Position numbers and translations under genes: made by a program
Assembly: GCA_951406725.2 (NCBI GenBank)
Contig: OX597827.1
Coordinates: 44,144,001 to 44,208,000, forward strand
DNA length: 64,000 bases
Source: Octopus vulgaris
Lineage: Eukaryota
Reading direction: 5' to 3'
Notes under the pieces: model-generated
The model's database searches: none
The model's input: the letters and a program-made list of their open reading frames with translations, nothing else
What the model was told of the DNA's origin: nothing
Shown here: piece by piece, positions 55,449 through 64,000 of the stretch
Layout: each line of letters starts with the position of its first letter
Numbering within the stretch: position 1 is the first letter of the stretch

Positions 55449-56042
55449 GTTGTTGCTACTACTACTATTACTACTATTACTACTACTACTACTACTACTA
55501 CTACTGGATCTTTATCTTTTGACCTACAGATTTAAAAAAATAATTTTTTGTAACTAAACACTTTCAAATTTTGGACACTGGTAGAATGTGTCATATAAAA
55601 CATCTTTTACTCTTAGCACTTTTGAGAAAAAACTTATATTTACGAAGTTATTTCACGTTTTTTGTAATAACGAAATATGAACTCCTATCGGAACATACCA
55701 TGGACAAGGAGCCTTTTTTACCCATTCTACACAAGACTTTCGTTGGATAATGGAACGGCAAGTTTAACATCCAACATATATCTTTATTTTTATTTTCATA
55801 TTTCCCTTTATACATCCTACATCTCTTTCTTCCCAAAATAATTTGGAACTCTACAATTTTCTTCTATTTAACTCTCTCATATCGTTTCTGATGAGGGGAT
55901 ATCTTTTGTATCCTCGAAACAGCTGTAAGGCTACTCTTCTCTTTATAAAATGTCATAGAAATTTCACACACTGCTTTGGCTTTGTTAGCTCATTTTATTT
56001 AACCTGCATACATACACACACACAAGCACGCACACACGCACG

Positions 56043-56095
<53 letters not shown>

Positions 56096-56271
56096 AATGG
56101 ATTCCTTTTTTTATTCTTTCATACGTATCAGCCCTAAAGTTGTAGCCATGCTGAATGAAGCACCACCAGTGTATTCACCTTTTCAACGACCAATCTTATG
56201 TGATTGGCTTTTGATGAATGAGGGAGTTCGACACGGCTGGCCTCTTTTGAGTTTACTGCCGTGATATAGGT

Positions 56272-56602
56272 TCTGGTAGAACCGTTAGCACGCCAAGTGA
56301 AATTCTTAGCGACATTTCGTCTGTCGCTACGTTCTGAGTTCAAATTCCGCCGAGGTCGACTTTGCCTTTCATCCTTTCGGGGTCGATAAATTGAGTACAA
56401 GTGAAACACTGGGGTCGATGTAACCTGCCAGTTCCCTCTCCCAAAATTTCAAAATTTGTGCCTTTTGTAGAAAGGATTGTTGTTGCTGTTGTTGTTGTTG
56501 TTACAATTATTAAGGCAGTGAGCTGGCAGAATCGTTAGTACAACAGGAAAAATGCTTATCGGCATTTCATTCGTCTTTACGTTCTGAGTTTAAATTCCGC
56601 CA
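56272..56602 (+). mobile_element. SINE family A copies (56272-56480; head only at 56512-56602)
   Basis: ttctgagttcaaattccgccgaggtcgactttgcctttcatcc. Confidence 0.78.
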
Positions 56603-56654
56603 TTGTTGTTATTGTTGTTGTTGTTCTTCTTCTTCTTATTATTATTATTATTAT

Positions 56655-56715
<61 letters not shown>

Positions 56716-56736
56716 TGTTGTTGTAGCAGCAGCAGC

Positions 56737-56790
<54 letters not shown>

Positions 56791-56839
56791 GGTGGTGGTG
56801 GTGGTGGAGGAGGTGGTGGTGGTAGTAGTAGTAGTAGTA

Positions 56840-57035
56840 AGCCTAGTATGCCCATAATGACTACCCGTCTGATAAGGGTGCACCAGTAACATACATCACA
56901 ACCATATGTGCGCGACATGGTGATCTCATAGAAAGATAAACAGCGCATGACCTTGCAGGTGGGGCCCAGTTAGAATTTTCTTTAGGTCGAGTAGCCCATC
57001 CCGCTCAAAAGGTCCTTGAATAAGGGTTGTTTAAG
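56840..57035 (-). mobile_element. Family E fragment
   Basis: Reverse complement of 41290-41490. Confidence 0.8.
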
Positions 57036-57039
57036 AGTT

Positions 57040-57114
<75 letters not shown>

Positions 57115-57118
<4 letters not shown>

Positions 57119-57300
57119 GATGTTGCAACCCCAGCTAGCAAAAACACATCGCTGGAAACATTTGAGAAACTGAACGAATCTAAGAACAGAAATAAGAAAA
57201 AATGTGGCAACATCAAAGCAGCACCATTGCCTACAGTTATTGGAGCACTTGGAATGATATCGAAAAAGACCACACAAGTATATATTGCATAGCACATCAC
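57115..57300 (+). mobile_element. R4-like LINE RLE C-terminal fragment after (ATT)n
   Basis: Similar to 22270-22410 (gaaataagaaaaatgtggca..attggagcacttggaatgatatc). Confidence 0.6.
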
Positions 57301-57671
57301 GTATTAGCATCTTTATATGCAAAGTTTTGCTGTCCCTTGACGTCTGTTGCTGAGATTTGGGTACAGCTTGTATAAATTTAAGCAAAGCCGAAATATATAT
57401 GGTTAAAATGATAAAGAAACAGAAACTAAAATACAATTTTCGCTTTTATTCTTAATTACTTGGAAATTGTCTTTTTCAAAATACAGTACTAAATTACATA
57501 ATTTACATAATTTAATTAGTTTTTCTAATCTGTAACTTATCTATAGCAGTGCTTTGGGGGTATTGTCTTGATTTTTTTGTTTTTTGTTTTTTGTTTTTCT
57601 TTTCTTTTTTTTTTTTTGGCTAGTTGCTAATTTTTTTATCTTACTTGTTTCAGTCATTTGACCCAAGATTT

Positions 57672-57959
57672 AGAATGGTTGTATACTGTCAATCTAACAC
57701 GAACGTGACAGTAGGGGGGTACACCACCGCTGTATAGCCCTAGGAAGCATCGACGCCTCCTGATGGCTTTGACACATTTTTCCCTGTGTCCTTATATACA
57801 TTTACGAAGGGGAGACAAACACCCCCGGCCGCCGGAGTTGCATCCAGGGACACGTGTTTCAGGATCATTGTCCTTCATCGGCCTAGAGTAGCAGACACCG
57901 GTCAGCCGGCGATATTGTCTCTACAAGAGATTTAGATACATGTCTCTACAAGAGATTTA
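57672..57959 (-). mobile_element. ~290-bp non-coding HHR-bearing insertion with 12-bp TSD
   Basis: gacccaagattt at 57660-57671 and 57960-57971. Confidence 0.75.
57844..57886 (-). ncRNA. Type I hammerhead ribozyme motif (U4C core variant)
   Basis: ctagg-CCGATGA-agga caatga tcct-GAAA-cacgtg-TC-cctgg; GUC triplet. Confidence 0.78.
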
Positions 57960-58085
57960 GACCCAAGATTTGTTGGATGAGAATGGCATTAAAAAGCTTC
58001 CATGGCCAAGCCAGTCACCAGATATGAACCCTATTGAATACTTCTGGGACATAATGGACAGGACACTTCATAAAAGAACATATCG
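57960..58085 (+). mobile_element. Tc1-type transposase fragment
   Basis: LDENGIKKLPWPSQSPDMNPIEYFWDIMDR (WPxxSPDLNPIE motif). Confidence 0.85.
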
Positions 58086-58119
58086 CCAATATGACCAAGA
58101 AAGCCATTCAAACGCATCG

Positions 58120-58425
58120 CTGAGAAGTGCAGCCACACCCGCCGTACTCTCCTGATTTGGCACCAACGTATTTCCACCTCTTTCGATTTCTTTCAAATGC
58201 TATGCGCGGAGTTTCGTTCAATATTGATGTAGAATTGAGATCAATTTTTCGAGTCGAAATCGGGTGATTTCTACCAACGAGGTATTGAAAATCTTGTTGA
58301 ACGTTGGGAAGAAGTGGTAAACAACAAGGATGAATACATTATTGATTAATTAGTTATTTTTTTGTTAAACCTTTTAGAATATTTAGATTTTAAAAAACGG
58401 CGGGAACTTAGTTACCAACCCAATA
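58120..58425 (+). mobile_element. Mariner transposase 3' end with right TIR
   Basis: HPPYSPDLAPTYFHLFR..FYQRGIENLVERWEEVVNNKDEYIID; TIR ..ttagttaccaacccaa followed by TA. Confidence 0.85.
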
Positions 58426-58429
58426 TACA

Positions 58430-58760
58430 TACATATATATATATATAATATATTAATAAATAAAACATATGCATATATATAAACATATATGTACGTACCT
58501 ACATCTACATGTACATTTACACGCATATATGAGTACAGGACACCAAAAAGACGTCGAACACAATGAGAAACGAAAACATAGACACAAACCCAAGGAGCTG
58601 GACATTTTTTTAAACAACAACAAAATAGAGTACAGGACAATTAACACAAAGAAAAAAACCCGTCTTCAGTCGCTATGGTTTCATCTACTCTACGTTTCGA
58701 AGGTGAAAGCGAGACGTATCTTCGACAAGAAACTTTCCTTCCTGCGAAAAGCAATAAGTA
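58430..58760 (-). mobile_element. pLTR-like repeat family Y
   Basis: Homologous to 26430-26745. Confidence 0.6.
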
Positions 58761-59763
58761 GATTCAAATATAGTGGCGACTCTGGCACTCGGGCTGTTCG
58801 GGGCTTAGCCCGAGTATAAATTTAGTGCAGTGAACGTGTATTTGCAAGCTGATTTAACTGGCATCTCTTGTCAAGAGTACAGGTGACAGTCAGATCGCTG
58901 ATGTTTGAGGTGCACTCTGCAGTCGTTATTTAATTGTTGTTATTCTGTGCGTTTGTGTGTAAAGATCAGTTGTGTTTTGCAGAGTTGCTTTATTTTCACC
59001 TTTAACTCAGAAATGGAGAAAGACATAGTGCTAGAAAAAAAAAACTAATAATAATAATAAGCCATTTGGGACTAGAAGTAAAGAGGAAAAACGTGAAATT
59101 TTTCGAGCAGGCATCTGTTGTATGTAACATCTATAATGACTAACGGTGATGACTTGGAGTCGCCTCTGAGATATGTATATATATATATATATATACATAT
59201 AATGTATATTTTATTAGTACAATTTAATGTGGTAAACAGTCACTAGATTAGATGAAACTTGACTCAGTATTGATTTGAATATAATTAGTCGCTACGCGCG
59301 CGCGCGCGCGTGTGTGTGTGTCAGTGCGAGGATGTGAGTATGAACATCCATTTATCCATCCATCCATCCATCCATCCATCCATCCATCCCAAAACATTGA
59401 TGCACGTAAATACATTGATATATGTATAAAAGCAACGCGAACGTATCGTTTGAGGTAAAAGTACACGCGACTGATGACTGTCATCGTTCTACCACGTGTT
59501 GGCGTTACCTTTCACGGCATAATCAAGCATTAGTCTCACTCACGCAAACGCGAGTATATGATAATGTGTGTGTATGTGTGCGTATGTGTGTGTACACATG
59601 TATACATACTCATAATCATTCCAAAGAGCACGCATTCATATACATATATATATACATATATTCATTCATACGAATTTATGTTTATGCCAAATATCACATC
59701 AGATATGTGTGTGTGTATTTATAAACATATACATATATATATACACACACACACACGCAGAGA

Positions 59764-59799
<36 letters not shown>

Positions 59800-59838
59800 C
59801 AGCCATGTTCATATGTATATAGACACAGACATAATTTG

Positions 59839-59874
<36 letters not shown>

Positions 59875-60086
59875 TATAATATACTTGTTGATGTATACAT
59901 GTTTGGGTAATTAAACACACACACACACACAATTACGCGCACACACACACACAAACACATACGCACATTCTGATACGCAAAGAAACGTATACAAACATAT
60001 ACCTGCAGGTAAGCCAAATCCCCGACAGATTTTGTGTAGATTTGTTATATATATATATATGTATATATATGTGTGTGTGTGTGTAC

Positions 60087-60120
<34 letters not shown>

Positions 60121-60519
60121 TTATATTTATATATATATAAATAGATACACTGAGTGTGTCTATATGAATAGATGCACTACTCTCTCTCTCCCCCTTTCGC
60201 CTCTCTCTCCCCTTCTTCCCTTTCTCCCCCTCTTCCCTTTCTCCCCCTCTTCCCTTTCTCCCCCTCTTCTCTCTCACGTTGATTCTTTGTTGAAGGGTTT
60301 TTCCTTATCGTATTCTGTTTTGTTATTTGCTTCTTATATTTTGGTTTTGATTTGTTCGTTTTGTTTTGTTGTCGTTACTCTTGTTGTTGTTGTTGTTGCT
60401 GTTGTTAATGATGATGATGATGCTGTTGCTGTCGCGTTGGTAATAACATTAATTACTTTGATGTGCAACACAGTTTAATCATTTCAAGTATCTAGGCACA
60501 CTTTGAATACACCTTACAG

Positions 60520-60539
60520 CAACCACCACCACCACCACC

Positions 60540-60580
<41 letters not shown>

Positions 60581-60723
60581 CGATTGTGGTGGTGGCTGTA
60601 ATGGTAGTGGTGGTGGTGGTGGCGGCGGTGGCGGTGGCAGCGGCTGTAATGTGCAGTAGTAGTAGTAGTAGTAGTAGCTGTAATTGTAGTCGTAGTAGTA
60701 GTGATGGTGATGGTGTTAGTTGT

Positions 60724-60801
<78 letters not shown>

Positions 60802-60830
60802 CAGAGCAGCAGTAGTAGTAGTAGTGGCAA
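60520..60830. repeat. (TAG)n/(GTG)n tract
   Basis: Direct reading. Confidence 0.93.
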
Positions 60831-60939
60831 GGTCAGTATTAGTTGATTAGTACTACTAAAATTACTACTGCTAACCCTACAACCCTTATTCTACTTCCGC
60901 CACTACCACAGCTTTCTTCTACACAAACCATGGCTAATT

Positions 60940-61360
60940 TCCTATTGAAGCACAAGGCCATGAATTTTAAGGGCAACAAGAAAGTAGACATCATCAACTC
61001 CAGTACTTGAACATGCACATTGGATTATGAACCCTAGAGTGATGAAAAACAAAATTGACTTGGGCAGGGTTTGAACTCAGGATTTAAAGAGTTGGACGCA
61101 ATACCTCTAACGGTTCGGCCAGCTCACCCCATTCACGTTACTAGTGAGAATAATGATGGCTTGAAATTTGGGATGAAGACCAGCTATTTTAGTACGAAAG
61201 GGTAAGTCGATTACATTTGTCCTACTATTTTGACGGTTAACCCATTCTATCAAAGTCGACCTCAGCAAGAATTGAACTCGGAACGTATAGAATCGGAGGA
61301 AAATACCGCAAAGCACGATAATTTTCCGGAAGCTCTAACGATTCACCCAGCTCGCCGTCT
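60940..61360 (-). mobile_element. Two old SINE family A-related copies
   Basis: ttgaactc.g.a and gccagctc.cc motifs. Confidence 0.55.
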
Positions 61361-61719
61361 TCGCATTACTGCCACGCGCGGTCCCAGGAATTTTTATTTT
61401 TCGAAGGGATGGCACAAGGACAGAAGCGAATACAATTCCAGGAGAAAAGCGCGTAATAAGATTATTTAGAAGGGCGCACTTCTTTTATTGATAGGGGCAC
61501 GTGTCCCTCAGGCCCCATCCCTGGGGTCGAACCCTATTTGCTTAAAATCATAATGAGTTGTACTGTCCAACAAAATAGATATACATATCTACATCTGAGC
61601 GAAATGTGACGGAGCGCAGATGATCCAACCCACAGCAGTCTGGGCTGTGTGTGTGTGTGAAAGAGTGTGTATGTCTGTGTGAGTGCGTGTATGCTTGAGT
61701 GTGTATGCGTATATGTGTG

Positions 61720-62300
61720 TGTGCAACTGAAACCCGAGTGTCATTTTGGTCAACTGAAAGCAGTTTTGGCACAAACTTGGCAGAGACGCGTCTCATACCC
61801 AAATCTTCAGTGATAATGGACTGAACTGAACCGTAACTAATCTGTTATCCTCTGGTAAGTGACGGATGGTGATTTAACGATTTCCCCTTAAAGCTGCATG
61901 CACATCTGTGTTTTTCTCAGTTCAGCTGGTTGCGTGTGTCCCAGAACGTGCGTCAATATCGAGGGTTTTTTTTTATGGCCATCTTGGAAATGTCGGAACC
62001 ACTCGTACACTTGTGTACAGCCCATACACTCCTCTCCATACACTTTCTGTAACTTTGCGTAGACCTCTAAGCAGGTATCGCCATTACAACTTACACTGTC
62101 ATGGTCAATACGACGATCATACGCTACACACCTTCCATCCAAGCACTGCTGTAAACAGCCAGTATGAGCTACTACGTAAACACTTACTGCGCATGTACAA
62201 CAGACTTCAAGTTCAAACTGTACCGAGCGGCTTTACTCTGCGTGCTTTAGCTTCGTTTCTATAGCAACAGTCCGGATACTCATTGATCAGACTTCGTATA
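61720..62300 (-). mobile_element. Mariner transposase 5' part with left TIR, degenerate
   Basis: EVYAKLQKVYGEECMGCTQVYEWFRHFQDG (HTH) and GMRRVSAKFVPKLLS (WVPxxL-like); TIR tacgaagtctgatcaatgagtatccggact. Confidence 0.85.
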
Positions 62301-62579
62301 TAAAATTAGATAATTCTAAGAGAAAGATTCCTAATACTAATTTACCGCCAGCTAAAGCTTGTGTGCGTGTGTGTGTGTGTATTCAACGTTTTTCTTTAAT
62401 GTTCTGTACCCATATATGCATGTATATATACATATATATGTAGGTATGTACATATGTGTGTGTGTATATTTGCATGTATTTATATATCATTTATATTATT
62501 ATATGATCGAACGCTACGCATCCTTTTCCAAGTAAGTTTTATCTATCTATCAATTTATATATATATATATATGTATACA

Positions 62580-62735
62580 TAAGATGAGTAAAATTTAGAT
62601 TCAGTTGAATATGGTACTTAAGTTAAAGGTACCAGAATTTAGTGTGGTATTATCCATATAATTCAAAATGGGGTGATTACAATCAAAATAAGCAACAAGG
62701 ATATCCAGAGGTAATGCAGTACGATCGTTTCATGC

Positions 62736-62736
<1 letters not shown>
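62580..62736 (-). mobile_element. Truncated homolog of the HHR element at 17100-17497
   Basis: Shared ggtacttaa..accagaa..ggtatta.ccata..ggggtgatta..agcaacaag..cagtac. Confidence 0.6.
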
Positions 62737-62827
<91 letters not shown>

Positions 62828-62828
<1 letters not shown>

Positions 62829-62982
62829 TGGGTCTCTTTCAGTTTGAGTCGATCAAATCCACTCAGAGGGCTTTGATTGACCCGTGGCCATAGTGGAAGA
62901 CACTTGCTCAATGTCCCGTGCTGTTAAATTGAACCTGGAATCGTGTGGTTGAAGAGCTAACTTCTTAATCACACAACCACAT
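62828..62982 (-). mobile_element. SINE family B 5' part, diverged
   Basis: tttcagttt..aaatccactca..gaagacacttgc. Confidence 0.7.
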
Positions 62983-63461
62983 CCAAATTCCAAGGAAAAG
63001 AGGTTATATTTTTTCGGCAGAAACCTGTTCTTTCTTTGCACAGCAAATTCAAATGATTAAGAAAGAAAAATAAGAGATAAAGCTAACAAATATACATGAC
63101 CGCCATATTGGCTTTGCCCTACAAGCAATCATGCATTTGACATTTGTACAATTAGGTTTTAGAGGAAAGGGTGGAATGATTAATAATTGCGTAAGTGTGT
63201 AAGTGTCGATGTAAGTGTGCGCTTGGGTGATGTGTGAATAGAGAATCAGTAGGTGAATGAGTCAGTGAGCCTGTGGTTTAAGGTGTGCGTGTGTGTGAGT
63301 GTATGTGTGTGTGCGTGCGTGCGTTTGTTAGTGTGCGTGCGAATGAGCGTATGTAAGTGAAGATAAATATATATATATATTTAGGTAGGTAGGAAGACAG
63401 GTAAGTAAGCATGTAAGAATGTATGGTAGTTAAGGAGATATATATATATATATATATATAT

Positions 63462-63544
<83 letters not shown>

Positions 63545-63681
63545 CACAAACAGACAGATAGGCAGGCAAATACATAGACAACTACATCGGTAGCTAGGTT
63601 AAATATGTAGGTAAGTAGATAGTTATGATACCTAGGGAGATAGTCAGACACACAGACGAAAATAAGAAAAAGATAGACATA

Positions 63682-63717
<36 letters not shown>

Positions 63718-63827
63718 TGTATGTATGTATGTATGTATGTATGTATGTATGCATGCATGCATGTATGTATGTATGTATGTATGTATATATCTGTATGTAT
63801 GTATATGTATGTTTGTATATGTATGTG

Positions 63828-63868
<41 letters not shown>

Positions 63869-64000
63869 CCTATAGGCAGGTTAAATATGTAGGTGAGTAG
63901 ATCGGTGTAGTAGCTAGGAAGGTAGTCAGAGAGACAGACAGACAGACAAATAGAAGGAAAGAAAGAAAGAGAGAAAGAAAGAAAGAGAGAAAGAAAGAAA

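Overview
64 kb of AT-rich, extremely microsatellite-dense animal genomic DNA. The SINE repertoire and simple-repeat density suggest a cephalopod (Octopus-like); this is an inference. No host protein-coding gene can be called with confidence, and nearly all tracked ORFs are translations of microsatellites. The recognisable content is mobile-element debris: Penelope-like elements (RT + GIY-YIG), R4/Dong-like RLE LINEs, CR1-like and RTE LINEs, four tRNA-derived SINE families, Tc1/mariner, Helitron-type elements and a 28S rRNA fragment. The main hidden signal is a population of type I hammerhead-ribozyme (HHR) motifs in non-coding repeats, mostly embedded in (TA)n. These include a near-identical 4.2 x 507-bp tandem array with one HHR per unit plus an inverted arm (retrozyme/pLTR-like), fold-back palindromes with an HHR on both strands, a 12-bp-TSD-flanked ~290-bp HHR insertion, and catalytic-core variants (G3-C8 swap, U4C, A6U).
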